DNA of 64,000 nt from Methanocaldococcus sp. 28A (GCA_049852185.1 CP187540.1), one strand, 5' to 3'. Positions 33,843 through 46,678 are shown, numbered from the stretch's first letter. Numbers and translations: made by a program. Notes: generated by a model not told the origin, from the sequence alone.

Positions 33843-35150
33843 ATGAGAGAGATAAAAAATGTTGTCTGTCCATTCTGTGGAACATTATGTGATGATATTG
33901 TAGTTATAGTGGATGATGATGGGCATATTATAGGAACAAGAAATGCTTGTAGAATTGGACATGCTAAGTTCATGCATTTTGAAGGGGCTGTAAGATATAC
34001 AGAACCATTAATGAGAGAAAATAAAAAAGATGAGTTCAAAAAAGTTGATATTGACACTGCCATTGAAGAGGCTGCAAGAATATTAGCTGAAGCAAATTTA
34101 CCTGTAATTTATGGATTCTCTACAACTGAATGCCATGCACATGTATATGGTATAGAATTGGCAGAATTGATTAGAGGAATTGTAAGCAATACAGCAGAAG
34201 TTTGTCATGGGCCGAGTGTTTGGGCACTTCAGGATGTAGGATACCCAATTTGTACATTAGGAGAGGTTAAAAATAGAGCTGATGTTGTTATATTCTGGGG
34301 TTGCAATCCAATGCATGCCCACCCAAGACATATGAGTAGATATTCAGTATTTGCAAGAGGATTTTTCAGAGAAAGAGGAAGAGAAGATAGAACAGTTATT
34401 GTAGTAGATCCAAGGGAAACAGATACTGCAAAATTAGCAGATATACACTTACAGGTTGAGCAGCATAAGGATTATGAGTTAATAAGTGCTATGAGGGCAG
34501 TATTGAAAGGATTTGAATTACGAGTAGATAGAGTTGCAGGAGTTCCAGCAGATTTAATCTATGATGCAGTAGAAATATGTAAAAATGCTCAGTTTGGAGA
34601 GTTATTCTTCGCAATGGGAGTAACAATGACAAAAGGTAAGCATAGAAATATCGATAACGCTATACAATTAGTTATTGATTTAAACGCTTACACAAAGTTT
34701 GGACTAATGCCAATGAGAGGTCACTACAACGTAAATGGATTTAATCAAGTATGTACATGGGTTACTGGTTTTCCATTATGTGTAGATTTTTCAAGAGGTT
34801 ATCCAAGATTTAACCCAGGAGATACGAGTATAACAGATTTATTAATTAGAAAAGAGGCAGATGCTATGCTCAACATTGCCTCAGACCCTGGAGCACACTT
34901 TCCACAAAAAGCAGTTCAACACATGGCAAAGATACCATTAATTTGCATAGACCCACATAACACACCAACAGCAGAGTTGGCAAACATCATCATCCCACCA
35001 GCAATTGCTGGAGTTGAATGCGAAGGAACTGCTTATAGAATGGATGGAGTTCCAATTCAGTTGAAGAAGGTTATAGAACCTCCAGAAGGAGTTTTACCAG
35101 ATAAAGAAATACTAAAAAGAATTATCAACAAGGTTAAGGAGTTTTTGTAA
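33843..35150 (+). CDS. fwdB: Formylmethanofuran dehydrogenase subunit B, cysteine form (FwcB-type)
   Basis: CPFCGTLCDD, AEVCHGPS, TLGEVKNRAD, HAHPRH, MRGHYNV, YRMDG. Confidence 0.94.
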   Translation: MREIKNVVCPFCGTLCDDIVVIVDDDGHIIGTRNACRIGHAKFMHFEGAVRYTEPLMRENKKDEFKKVDIDTAIEEAARILAEANLPVIYGFSTTECHAHVYGIELAELIRGIVSNTAEVCHGPSVWALQDVGYPICTLGEVKNRADVVIFWGCNPMHAHPRHMSRYSVFARGFFRERGREDRTVIVVDPRETDTAKLADIHLQVEQHKDYELISAMRAVLKGFELRVDRVAGVPADLIYDAVEICKNAQFGELFFAMGVTMTKGKHRNIDNAIQLVIDLNAYTKFGLMPMRGHYNVNGFNQVCTWVTGFPLCVDFSRGYPRFNPGDTSITDLLIRKEADAMLNIASDPGAHFPQKAVQHMAKIPLICIDPHNTPTAELANIIIPPAIAGVECEGTAYRMDGVPIQLKKVIEPPEGVLPDKEILKRIINKVKEFL

Positions 35151-35278
35151 ATTATAATGCCCGATTATAATTTTTTGTCGGTTGGGTAATACTTTTTGAA
35201 ATTTTATATTATTTAGGCAATAATAATTTGAATTTAGTAGTAAATTTTATATACAAAAATGGGAGGTGATATTAATGT

Positions 35279-35653
35279 ATGAGTAATACGGTGATTATAA
35301 TGAATATGAAAATAAGCATAGAAAAGCTAAGATTAGTAAGACCAAAAGAAAATCCAAAAAATCAGAGGTTGGAGTTAGATATGGATTGGAACATTGAATA
35401 CAAGAAAATTAGTGACAACTCATATGGTTATGTATACAATTTAAAAATAGATGAACTTTCAATATCGTTTATTGTTGAGGGAGTTGTAGAGTTCGATGAA
35501 AATATTGACTGTATTTCAAAGGACATCTCACAATCAATATTGGATAGATTGCTTCAAATTTTAGTAGGCATGATAAATCTCACAAAGGAAATGCATGTTG
35601 AAATCAAGACAATTCCAGTTGTTGAGATCTCAGCTCAAAAGGTTGCCTCATGA
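35279..35653 (+). CDS. Hypothetical protein (117-124 aa)
   Basis: ORF with RBS-like GGAGGTGAT and GGTGAT (alternative start 35300); co-directional inside the cluster. Confidence 0.72.
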   Translation: MSNTVIIMNMKISIEKLRLVRPKENPKNQRLELDMDWNIEYKKISDNSYGYVYNLKIDELSISFIVEGVVEFDENIDCISKDISQSILDRLLQILVGMINLTKEMHVEIKTIPVVEISAQKVAS

Positions 35654-35672
35654 ATAATAATAAGGTGATAAC

Positions 35673-36791
35673 ATGAAGGTTGTTCATACAATTTGCCCAA
35701 CTTGTAGTGTTGGGTGTGGAATTGATTTGATCGTCAAAGATAACAAAGTTGTTGGTACTTATCCATACAAGAGACATCCAATAAGTGAAGGAAAAAACTG
35801 TCTAAATGGAAAAAATAGCTACAAAATAATCTACCATGAGAAAAGATTAAAAAAGCCATTAATTAAAAAGAATGGAAAGTTTGTTGAAGTCAGTTGGGAT
35901 GAAGCTTTAAGCTTTATTGCAGAGAAATTAAAGAGCTATGATGCTGATGACATAACATTTATTGCCTCTGGAAAATGTACAAATGAAGACAACTATGCAT
36001 TAAAAAAGTTGGCTGATAATTTAAAAGCTAAAATTGGGCATTGTATCTGCAATTCTCCTAAAGCCAATTATGCTGAAATTTCTACAACAATTGATGACAT
36101 TGAGAACGCAAAAAACATCATAATTATTGGTGATGTTTTTGGGCAACATGCATTGATTGGAAGAAAAGTTATTAAAGCAAAAGATAAAGGGGCTAAGGTA
36201 ACAATTTTCAATATAGAGGAGAAAGATATCCTAAAATTAAATGCCGACAAGTTCGTAAAGGTTGATAGCTATGAGGATATTGATTTAGGTAATGTTGATG
36301 AAAACACTATTATTATAATCAATGCACCAATAGATGTTGATAAAATGCCTAAAATTGCTAAAGTTTTGCCAGTTGCTAAGCACTGCAACACTGTTGGTGC
36401 CACACTTATTGGCATTCCTGCTCTAAATAAAGATAAATATCTTGAATTATTAAAAAATTCAAAGTGCTTATACATAATGGGAGAGAATCCTGCTTTAATT
36501 GATAAAGATGCACTAAAAAATACTGAATTTTTAGTTGTCCAAGATATTATAATGAGTGAAACAGCTGAATTAGCTGATGTAGTTCTACCCTCAACTTGTT
36601 GGGCTGAGAAAGAGGGAACCTTTACAAACACCGATAAAAGAATTCAAAAAATAAACAAAGCTGTAAACCCTCCTGGAGAAGCTATGGATGATTATCTTAT
36701 AATAAAAAGCTTAGCTGAAAAGCTTGGAATTGATTTAGGGTTCAATTCATTAGAAGACATTCAAAAAGAAATAACTAAGGTGGTATTATGA
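35673..36791 (+). CDS. Short FdhA-like protein lacking the catalytic motif and C-terminal domain (ElpA/FlpA-like)
   Basis: N-terminal CPTCSVGC...C 4Fe-4S motif; IGHCICNSP at the active-site position; [16 protein letters not shown]; only 372 aa. Confidence 0.8.
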   Translation: MKVVHTICPTCSVGCGIDLIVKDNKVVGTYPYKRHPISEGKNCLNGKNSYKIIYHEKRLKKPLIKKNGKFVEVSWDEALSFIAEKLKSYDADDITFIASGKCTNEDNYALKKLADNLKAKIGHCICNSPKANYAEISTTIDDIENAKNIIIIGDVFGQHALIGRKVIKAKDKGAKVTIFNIEEKDILKLNADKFVKVDSYEDIDLGNVDENTIIIINAPIDVDKMPKIAKVLPVAKHCNTVGATLIGIPALNKDKYLELLKNSKCLYIMGENPALIDKDALKNTEFLVVQDIIMSETAELADVVLPSTCWAEKEGTFTNTDKRIQKINKAVNPPGEAMDDYLIIKSLAEKLGIDLGFNSLEDIQKEITKVVL

Positions 36792-37930
36792 AATATGCAT
36801 TAATCCAAGCTACGGATAATGAAATTTTAAAGAAAGCAGAATGTGGTGGGGCAGTAACTGCATTATTCAAATACTTATTAGATAACAAGCTTGTTGATGG
36901 AGTTTTAGCTTTAAAGAGAGGAGAAGATATATACGATGGAATTCCAGCATTTATAACAAATTCTGATGAATTGGTAGAAACCGCAGGCTCTTTGCACTGT
37001 GCACCAACAAATTTTGGAAAGATAATTAGTAAATATTTGAATGATAAAAAAATTGCCGTCTCTACTAAACCATGTGATGCTATGGCTATTAAAGAGTTGG
37101 CAAAGTTAAACCAGGTAAACTTAGATAACATCTATATGCTTGGTTTGAATTGTGGAGGGACAATAAATCCAATAACTGCTATGAAAATGATTGAGTTGTT
37201 TTATGAAGTTAATCCATTAGATGTTGTTAAGGAAGAAATAGATAAAGGGAAGTTTATTATTGAATTAAAAAATGGAGAACATAAAGCTGTTAAAATAGAT
37301 GAGTTAGAAGAAAAAGGTTTTGGTAGAAGGAAAAACTGCCAAAGATGTGAAGTTATGGTTCCAAGAATGGCTGATTTAGCTTGTGGAAATTGGGGAGCTG
37401 AAAAGGGCTGGACGTTTGTTGAAATCTGTTCAGAAAAAGGAAAAAAATTAGTTGAGGACGCTGAAAAAGAAGGCTATATCAAAATTAAAGAACCTTCAGA
37501 AAAGGCAATTCAAATTAGGGAGAAAATAGAGAATGTCATGATAAAGTTGGCTAAAAAATTCCAAAAAATACATTTGGAAGATGAATATCCAAACCTTAAA
37601 GAGTGGCAGAAATATTGGAATAGGTGTATAAAGTGTTATGGTTGTAGAGATAACTGCCCACTCTGCTTCTGTGTTGAATGTAGATTAGAGAAAGATTATA
37701 TTAATGAAAAAGGAAAAATCCCGCCAAATCCTTTAATGTTCCAGGGGATTAGATTGAGCCATATATCTCAAAGCTGTATAAATTGTGGGCAATGCGAAGA
37801 TGTCTGCCCAATGGATATTCCACTTGCATATATATTCCACAGAATGCAGTTGAAGATTAGAGATACCTTTGGTTATGTTCCTGGTGTTGATGATAGCTTG
37901 CCACCATTGTTTATAAGTGAAAAATTATAG
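36788..37930 (+). CDS. fdhB: F420-binding FdhB/FrhB-family subunit (FdhB or ElpB-like)
   Basis: ECGGAVT, KPCD, GLNCGGT, NCQRC, CGNWG, two C-terminal ferredoxin motifs. Confidence 0.88.
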   Translation: MKYALIQATDNEILKKAECGGAVTALFKYLLDNKLVDGVLALKRGEDIYDGIPAFITNSDELVETAGSLHCAPTNFGKIISKYLNDKKIAVSTKPCDAMAIKELAKLNQVNLDNIYMLGLNCGGTINPITAMKMIELFYEVNPLDVVKEEIDKGKFIIELKNGEHKAVKIDELEEKGFGRRKNCQRCEVMVPRMADLACGNWGAEKGWTFVEICSEKGKKLVEDAEKEGYIKIKEPSEKAIQIREKIENVMIKLAKKFQKIHLEDEYPNLKEWQKYWNRCIKCYGCRDNCPLCFCVECRLEKDYINEKGKIPPNPLMFQGIRLSHISQSCINCGQCEDVCPMDIPLAYIFHRMQLKIRDTFGYVPGVDDSLPPLFISEKL

Positions 37931-38019
37931 GACTTTCGCAGTTTATATATTAAATAAGGAACTTTGATATCTTTAGGAGTCTATATTCAATATATATTTA
38001 TTCCTGTGAAAGTCCTATA
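37926..38019. repeat. Palindromic MITE-like repeat (94 bp) whose left end contains the fdhB stop codon
   Basis: TATAGGACTTTCGCAG / CTGTGAAAGTCCTATA (1 mismatch). Confidence 0.85.
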
Positions 38020-38052
38020 TCATTCTCAGTCCACGTTCTTATGAGTTTATGT

Positions 38053-38811
38053 TTAAGCAATAACAGCATGTTTCAACGAATTTTTGCAGATGCATGTTCT
38101 CTCTCCAAAGTCATAGTTTATGAAGTCTTCAATAACCTTTAAAATTTTATCTTCCATTTCTTTTATCTTTTCAAGGACTTCATCTACAGTTAGAATATTC
38201 TTTGATATTCCACAGGCGTAGTTTGTTACATTACATAGTGAAACATAGCATAACTCCAACTCTCTTGCTAAAACAACTTCAGGATATCCTGTCATTCCTA
38301 CAACATCCCCCCAGTTTCTATATATCTCAATCTCTTTTTTTGTTTCAAATCTTGGACCTTCTGTACAAATATAAACGCCTTCTTCATAAATGAAGTTATT
38401 TTTATCTAATATATATTTTAAAACATTAATTAAATCTGGACAGTATGGTTCACTCATATCTATATGCACTACTTTTCCTTCGTCGTAAAATGTTTCTTCT
38501 CTCTTCTTTGTAAATTCAATAAAATCATTTGGAATAAAAAACATTCCAGGTTTTATGATTTCTTTTAATGAACCAACTGAGTTTATAGCTAAAATTCTTT
38601 CAACTCCTAACTTTTTTAATGCATAGATATTTGCTCTATAGTTTATTTTGTGGGGAGGAATATTATGCTTGATTCCATGTCTAAATAATAAAACTACCTC
38701 ATTTTCTTTGTCAATTATAACCTTTGCTCTTCCATATTTTGTATCAATAATCTCTTCTTTATCTCCTTTTAATATTTCGGCTATTCCAGTCCCTCCTATT
38801 ATACCAATCAC
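38053..38811 (-). CDS. mtnP: S-methyl-5'-thioinosine/thioadenosine phosphorylase
   Basis: IGIIGGTG, RHG, NYRANI, EGPRFET, VVGMT, VTNYA. Confidence 0.9.
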   Translation of the reverse strand: MIGIIGGTGIAEILKGDKEEIIDTKYGRAKVIIDKENEVVLLFRHGIKHNIPPHKINYRANIYALKKLGVERILAINSVGSLKEIIKPGMFFIPNDFIEFTKKREETFYDEGKVVHIDMSEPYCPDLINVLKYILDKNNFIYEEGVYICTEGPRFETKKEIEIYRNWGDVVGMTGYPEVVLARELELCYVSLCNVTNYACGISKNILTVDEVLEKIKEMEDKILKVIEDFINYDFGERTCICKNSLKHAVIA

Positions 38812-38922
38812 ATTATCACCTGTAGGTATTAGGAAAACAATTATAAAGGAAAAGTCTAAAAAAAAACTTCCTAAAGCGATATATAAATTAAAATCTTTAA
38901 TAAAAATTTTAAAAGTTTAGAA

Positions 38923-39318
38923 TTAACTCTCAATAGGTTTAAATTTATAACCATAAGTTATAACTCCATCGTCTCCATCTTCTTTGATTCTTCTAAATAC
39001 AGCTTCAACAGGCATGCCTATATAAACATCTTCTGGCTTGCAATCTACTATCTGTCCAGTAATTTTTGGACCTTCTTCTAATTCAACTATTGCTATTACA
39101 TAAGGAGCTTGCTTTTCAAAATCCTTTGGTGGAACATGAACAACTGAGTATGTATAAACTTTTCCTTTTCCACTCAACTTTATTTCTTCAAATTCTGTTT
39201 TTCTTCTACATTTTGGGCATATTTCTCTTGATGGGAAATAGACAGTTCCACAATTCTTACATCTAACTCCAATTAAATTATATCTCTCTCTTATATGCCT
39301 CCAACTTCTAACAACCAT
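38923..39318 (-). CDS. DUF35 Zn-ribbon/OB-fold scaffold protein of the thiolase-HMG-CoA synthase complex
   Basis: CKNCG..FP...CPKC, YTYSVVH, YGYKF; same operon as thiolase. Confidence 0.9.
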   Translation of the reverse strand: MVVRSWRHIRERYNLIGVRCKNCGTVYFPSREICPKCRRKTEFEEIKLSGKGKVYTYSVVHVPPKDFEKQAPYVIAIVELEEGPKITGQIVDCKPEDVYIGMPVEAVFRRIKEDGDDGVITYGYKFKPIES

Positions 39319-39320
39319 GT

Positions 39321-39503
39321 TTATCCCTCAATAAAAATCTTATTCTCATTTAAGTCAATTTTTTTAATTTCTCCGGTAAATTCTTTTTTCTCCCCAAATA
39401 AATCAATGGCTATAATTTTATCTCCATCTTTTTCTACAACCATGACATCTTCCATAACCAATTCTCCATTAAAATATAAATTACAGCTGCACATAACCAT
39501 CAA
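39321..39503 (-). CDS. CooT-family small nickel-binding protein
   Basis: N-terminal MC, VMEDV, DLFGEKK pattern. Confidence 0.72.
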   Translation of the reverse strand: MMVMCSCNLYFNGELVMEDVMVVEKDGDKIIAIDLFGEKKEFTGEIKKIDLNENKIFIEG

Positions 39504-39688
39504 CTCGCATCTTGTTCTTCTTCAACATCTATTTCTATGGTTCCTTCTTCATAACCATAAAGCTCGTAGATTTTTGATGAGATATATAAATCTATGAACA
39601 TAATTAATCTACATTCTCCTCCAACCCACATTATACAATCCTCTTTTTTACAAATCCCTTTAATAAACGGGCAGAATTTCTCTGTCAA
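39500..39688 (-). CDS. Small Cys-rich hypothetical protein
   Basis: CPF.KG.C....C..W...C; TTG start; 4-nt overlap with next gene. Confidence 0.62.
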   Translation of the reverse strand: MTEKFCPFIKGICKKEDCIMWVGGECRLIMFIDLYISSKIYELYGYEEGTIEIDVEEEQDAS

Positions 39689-39692
39689 TCTC

Positions 39693-39920
39693 TCACGTTT
39701 TTATTTTTATTATTTTTATAAATGGAAAATATGGAATATTTAGTTTAATTTTATCATATATTATAAATCCAACTATAAATAAACAGGCAAATATTATAGT
39801 AGAAATCCATAGAAATACAGTTAGTCCATCAAATAAATAATACCAAATAATAAAGTCAAATATTATAAATAAAATACTACCGATAATTATAGCTATAACT
39901 TTTTTGGTAATTTTATCCAT
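39693..39920 (-). CDS. Small two-helix membrane protein, hypothetical
   Basis: 75-aa hydrophobic ORF tightly packed in the operon. Confidence 0.55.
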   Translation of the reverse strand: MDKITKKVIAIIIGSILFIIFDFIIWYYLFDGLTVFLWISTIIFACLFIVGFIIYDKIKLNIPYFPFIKIIKIKT

Positions 39921-39932
39921 AATATCGCCGAA

Positions 39933-42162
<2,230 letters not shown>

Positions 42163-42172
42163 AATTTCCCCC

Positions 42173-42868
42173 TTATTTTATCTCATTTAATCTTTTTATG
42201 AGCTCTTTTATATCTAAGTGAGTAGTTATTAGAGGAATATTATCAATCTTAGCTAATTTTAATGCCAAGTTGTCTATTTTATTTTTATCTATTCCTTGCA
42301 AAACTACAACTCTCGGCTTCATTACACTAACCCTAACAGCAACCATTGGGCTTCTACCAGTTGAGACATTTGTGAATATCAAAGCTCTTTCAGTAGTCCA
42401 TCCATATAAATGATAAAAATCATCTCCAGTCATTTCTAATATTGCCTTTATACTATCAACAACTGTGTGCCCATATATTGGAGTCTCTAAATTTTCTCCA
42501 ACGACAATCTCACCATTGATAAACTCTACAAATTTTTCGAGTGTTATAGGATTTTCATACTCTTTTATTGATAAAATTGCTTTCATCGAAGGACTTTTTT
42601 CTAAAATTCTCTTTAATGCTTTTATTGTTTGTCCTCCTTTTTCTTTGTCTATTTCTATCAATGCTAAAACATACTTTTTTATAATATTTACTCCAGGATT
42701 TTTTCTCCTACCTACTTCATAATCACTTATAACTGATGGTGAGACGTTTAAGTATTTAGCCAATTCAATCTGTTGAATGTTAAATAAATTCCTCCATTTT
42801 TTTAAGACCTTTCCAGTATTTTCAGCTAAAACAATATCTCCTATAATGTATATTGCCACTTTCTCCAT
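42173..42868 (-). CDS. XRE-family HTH transcriptional regulator
   Basis: LKKWR...[17 protein letters not shown]; STGRSPMVA. Confidence 0.85.
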   Translation of the reverse strand: MEKVAIYIIGDIVLAENTGKVLKKWRNLFNIQQIELAKYLNVSPSVISDYEVGRRKNPGVNIIKKYVLALIEIDKEKGGQTIKALKRILEKSPSMKAILSIKEYENPITLEKFVEFINGEIVVGENLETPIYGHTVVDSIKAILEMTGDDFYHLYGWTTERALIFTNVSTGRSPMVAVRVSVMKPRVVVLQGIDKNKIDNLALKLAKIDNIPLITTHLDIKELIKRLNEIK

Positions 42869-42922
42869 ATTAATCACAAAAATAGATATTGAATATTATA
42901 TAAAGTTTTTGATTTTGTTGAA

Positions 42923-43617
42923 GACGATGTCAAGATAAGTAAAGGAAGAAGTTATAGAAAGAGGAGAAAGATTCAAGCCAACTAATGACAGATGAGAATT
43001 TAGAGTTATTAGGGAATCGGTTATAGAAAGATTTGGTTCTTCGTTTGAGTAGAGAGAAGAAACTTTCGACACAATTTCTTAAACCGAATCGAACTCTTTC
43101 GAATTTTAAGCCTAATCTCTGTAGAGCCCACGGATACCATTTACCACCATCAACCAAAATTTTTGGTTTATTCGAGCAAAATTTTAATATCCTTCTTACG
43201 AATAACATAGTATCGAGATAACATCTTGTTTTAGAGACATAGATACCCAAACATTCTTTAGACTCCACATCGATAGCAGACCATACATAAATAGTTTCAT
43301 TTCCAAGCTTTAGTTTAGTTTCATCGATTGCAATTAGGTTTCTTGTCTTTCTTTCAGGCTCGTTTAAAATATCTTTAATCTTGTGGTAATATATTCTAAC
43401 CGATTCATGGCTTATGCTCTCAAACCGTGAAAGAAACAAACTAACCTTTCTTAACGATAATCCCAGATAATACAAAATTCCTGCTAAGATTTTAATCTCT
43501 ATCGACTTCTTATTCCTCTTAACTATCTTCTTAATCCTTTCTTTTAACGTTTCTATCGTAAGTTTCATATCTTCCTTTATTTACACATATTTATTTAATC
43601 CTTATCTTGACAACCTC
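42923..43617 (-). mobile_element. Complete IS6-family insertion sequence (695 bp) with 8-bp target duplication
   Basis: 17-bp TIRs GACGATGTCAAGATAAG / CTTATCTTGACAACCTC (2 mismatches); TTGTTGAA at 42915-42922 and 43618-43625. Confidence 0.95.
42930..43568 (-). CDS. IS6-family DDE transposase
   Basis: [31 protein letters not shown]. Confidence 0.93.
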   Translation of the reverse strand: MKLTIETLKERIKKIVKRNKKSIEIKILAGILYYLGLSLRKVSLFLSRFESISHESVRIYYHKIKDILNEPERKTRNLIAIDETKLKLGNETIYVWSAIDVESKECLGIYVSKTRCYLDTMLFVRRILKFCSNKPKILVDGGKWYPWALQRLGLKFERVRFGLRNCVESFFSLLKRRTKSFYNRFPNNSKFSSVISWLESFSSFYNFFLYLS

Positions 43618-43759
43618 TTGTTGAAATAGATTATGTTTATTGTCGGAATGTATAATGTTAAAAATATACTATACAAATTTGGTGAGAAAACTAAAAATTA
43701 TAATATTTCCCTAAAAAATTAAAAATAAAGAAATAAAAAGTAATAATAAAAATCAAAAC

Positions 43760-44752
43760 TTATTCTTTCTCCAACCCGCACATCTTTCTTAATTCTTTTC
43801 CTACTTTCTCAATTAAATGCTCTTTTTCCAATCTTCTTAATGCATTCAACTGTGGAGCTCCAGCAATATTTTCTAATCCCCACTCTTTTGCAAATTTACC
43901 TTCTTGAATTTCTTTTAATATTTCTTTCATTGCCTTTCTTGACTCTTCATTTATAACTCTACTTCTTCTTGTTAATCCCCCATACTCAGCAGTGTTTGAA
44001 ACGTTCTCCCACATTCCTTGTAATCCTTTTTGGTAGATTAAATCAACTATTAGCTTTAACTCATGGCATGTTTCAAAGTATGCCATCTCTGGAGCATAAC
44101 CAGCTTCAACTAATGTTTCAAATGCAGCTTTAATTAACTCAGTAACTCCCCCACATAAAACAACTTGCTCTCCAAATAAATCTGTCTCTGTCTCTTCTCT
44201 AAATGTTGTTTGTATTACTCCAACTCTTGTTAATCCAATACCTTTAGCCATTCCTAAGGCAATTTGTAAGGCATCTCCAGTATAATCTCTCTCAACAGCA
44301 ACCAATCCAGGAACTCCAAATCCTTCTTCATAAGTTTTTCTAACCATAGCTCCTGGGCTTTTTGGTGCAACCATTGTTATATTAACATTCTCTGGAGGTC
44401 TTATTAACCCATAGTGGATGTTGTATCCATGAGAGAAGCTTATGGTTTTTCCTTCTGTTAAGTAAGGCTCAATTTGCTTTTTATAAACTGCCGGCTGAGC
44501 TTCATCTGGTATTAATATATGGATGATATCTGCTTTTTTAGCTGCTTCTTCAATTGTCATAACTGTGTGTCCATCTTTAATTGCCTTGTTCCATGATGCT
44601 CCATTAGGTCTCAAACCTACTATAACATTTAATCCACTATCCTTCATGTTCAATGCTTGAGCTCTTCCCTGACTTCCATAACCAATAACTGCTATTGTTT
44701 TATCTTTAACTGCATCAAAAGTTACATCATTGTCATAGAATATTTTAACCAT
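43760..44752 (-). CDS. ilvC: Ketol-acid reductoisomerase
   Basis: [31 protein letters not shown]. Confidence 0.97.
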   Translation of the reverse strand: MVKIFYDNDVTFDAVKDKTIAVIGYGSQGRAQALNMKDSGLNVIVGLRPNGASWNKAIKDGHTVMTIEEAAKKADIIHILIPDEAQPAVYKKQIEPYLTEGKTISFSHGYNIHYGLIRPPENVNITMVAPKSPGAMVRKTYEEGFGVPGLVAVERDYTGDALQIALGMAKGIGLTRVGVIQTTFREETETDLFGEQVVLCGGVTELIKAAFETLVEAGYAPEMAYFETCHELKLIVDLIYQKGLQGMWENVSNTAEYGGLTRRSRVINEESRKAMKEILKEIQEGKFAKEWGLENIAGAPQLNALRRLEKEHLIEKVGKELRKMCGLEKE

Positions 44753-44809
44753 TTTTATCACCACAAGATATTTTTTATTTAAATATCGCTACATCTATTA
44801 ACTACTAAA

Positions 44810-44827
44810 TAATATAAGATTTTCGGT
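44810..44827 (-). promoter_or_regulatory. BRE/TATA promoter of ilvC
   Basis: Minus strand ACCGAAAATC-TTATATTA. Confidence 0.6.
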
Positions 44828-44865
44828 CTATTCATAACTAAAGATTTATGGTATAGGAAAGCAAT

Positions 44866-44960
44866 TATAGGACTTTCGCAGAAATAAATTTTTTATTGAA
44901 TATAGACACTTAAATGTGTCAAACTTCCATATTTAATATATACACTGCGAAAATCCTATA
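44866..44960. repeat. Palindromic MITE-like repeat (95 bp)
   Basis: TATAGGACTTTCGCAG / CTGCGAAAATCCTATA; central GACAC-N6-GTGTC hairpin. Confidence 0.85.
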
Positions 44961-44987
44961 TTTTAAAAATTTTTGAAAGGTGAAAAT

Positions 44988-46250
44988 GTGTTATTGATAA
45001 AAGATGTATATGTAAATGGAAAGAGGCAGGATATTTTAATTGAAGGTAATAAAATAAAAAAGATTGGTGAGATTAAAAAAGAGGAAATAGGGGATGCTGA
45101 AATCATAGATGGAAAGAACAAGATAGCCATCCCTGGATTGATAAATACACACACTCATATACCAATGACTCTATTTAGAGGAGTTGCTGATGATTTACCT
45201 CTAATGGAGTGGTTAAACAACTATATTTGGCCTATGGAAGCAAAGCTTAATGAAGAAATTGTCTATTGGGGAACTTTGTTGGGTTGTGTGGAGATGATTA
45301 GAAGTGGAACAACTACATTCAATGATATGTACTTCTTTTTAGAAGGAATTGCTAAGGCTGTAGATGAAAGTGGAATAAGAGCTGTTTTAGCTTATGGAAT
45401 GATAGATTTATTTGATGAAGAGAAGAGAGAGAAAGAAATTAAAAATGCTGAGAAGTATATAAACTATATAAACAAATTAAATAACAGTAGAATACTCCCT
45501 GCTTTAGGCCCTCACGCTCCTTATACTTGCTCTAAAGAGCTTTTAATGGAAGTTAATACTTTAGCTAAAAAATATAATGTCCCTATCCATATACATATGA
45601 ATGAAACCTTGGATGAGATTAAAATTATTAAGGAGAAAACAGGTATGGAGCCATTTATTTATCTAAATTCATTTGGTTTCTTTGATGATGTTAATGTAAT
45701 AGCTGCTCACTGCGTACATTTAACAGATGAAGAAATTAAGATAATGAAAGAAAAAAACATAAATGTTTCTCATAATCCAATCAGTAATTTAAAATTAGCT
45801 TCTGGAATAGCTCCAATTCCAAAGCTTTTAAATGAAGGAATAAACATTACCTTAGGAACTGATGGATGTGGAAGTAACAACAATCTAAACTTATTTGAAG
45901 AGATAAAGGTATCAGCTATTTTACATAAGGGAATTAATTTAAATCCAACTGTTGTTAAAGCTGAAGAGGCTTTTAACTTTGCCACTAAAAATGCAGCTAA
46001 AGCATTGAATATAAAAGCTGGAGAAATAAAAGATGAATATTTAGCAGATATTGTTCTAATAAACTTAGATAAACCTTACTTGTATCCAAAAGAGAATATA
46101 ATATCCCATTTGGTTTATGCATTCAATGGCTTTGTGGATGATGTTATCATAGATGGAAATATTGTTATGAGAGATGGGAAAATTTTAACTGTTGATGAAG
46201 AAAAGGTATATGAGAAAGCTGAAGAGATGTATGAGATTTTGAGAAACTAA
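44988..46250 (+). CDS. dadD: 5'-deoxyadenosine/MTA/SAH deaminase (amidohydrolase)
   Basis: NTHTH, PHAPYTC, HIHMNET, AHCVH, SNLKLASG, GTDG. Confidence 0.86.
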   Translation: MLLIKDVYVNGKRQDILIEGNKIKKIGEIKKEEIGDAEIIDGKNKIAIPGLINTHTHIPMTLFRGVADDLPLMEWLNNYIWPMEAKLNEEIVYWGTLLGCVEMIRSGTTTFNDMYFFLEGIAKAVDESGIRAVLAYGMIDLFDEEKREKEIKNAEKYINYINKLNNSRILPALGPHAPYTCSKELLMEVNTLAKKYNVPIHIHMNETLDEIKIIKEKTGMEPFIYLNSFGFFDDVNVIAAHCVHLTDEEIKIMKEKNINVSHNPISNLKLASGIAPIPKLLNEGINITLGTDGCGSNNNLNLFEEIKVSAILHKGINLNPTVVKAEEAFNFATKNAAKALNIKAGEIKDEYLADIVLINLDKPYLYPKENIISHLVYAFNGFVDDVIIDGNIVMRDGKILTVDEEKVYEKAEEMYEILRN

Positions 46251-46255
46251 TCAAT

Positions 46256-46666
46256 TTAACTTCTAAATTCATCCAACATCTTTATCAAAAGCAGTTTATT
46301 AACAATTTTTATATTTTTTAAAATTATTCCGCCTTTTGCATCATAACCAACAATTAAAACCTCTTTTCCATTATATTTTAAAATAAAAGTTTTTTTCTCT
46401 TTAACTAAAATCTCAGCTATTTTTGAAATTTTTGATAAAAAAGATTTTAAATCTTCGATTTTATCAAAAAAGCTTATTAATTTTTCATCATCTGATTTTG
46501 GAGAAACTGCTTTTATAATTTCCTTTAGTGATTTTGTATTCTCAATATCTACAATAATATAATCTCTACTAATCACTAAAGAAAAAATATTGGTTAATGC
46601 TATCTCTAAACTACCTTCTTTTATCAATCTCTGAAATAAAAATAGATAATTAAGCTTATCAAGCAA
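46256..46666 (-). CDS. Hypothetical protein
   Basis: 136-aa ORF, TTG start with GTGAG RBS, paired with upstream ORF. Confidence 0.65.
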   Translation of the reverse strand: MLDKLNYLFLFQRLIKEGSLEIALTNIFSLVISRDYIIVDIENTKSLKEIIKAVSPKSDDEKLISFFDKIEDLKSFLSKISKIAEILVKEKKTFILKYNGKEVLIVGYDAKGGIILKNIKIVNKLLLIKMLDEFRS

Positions 46667-46678
46667 AATCTCACGTAT

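Noticed and set aside
35158-35190. GC-containing hairpin after fwdB as a SECIS element
   Set aside because: No GAA/A internal-loop motif and no in-frame UGA upstream; more likely a weak terminator or stabilising stem.
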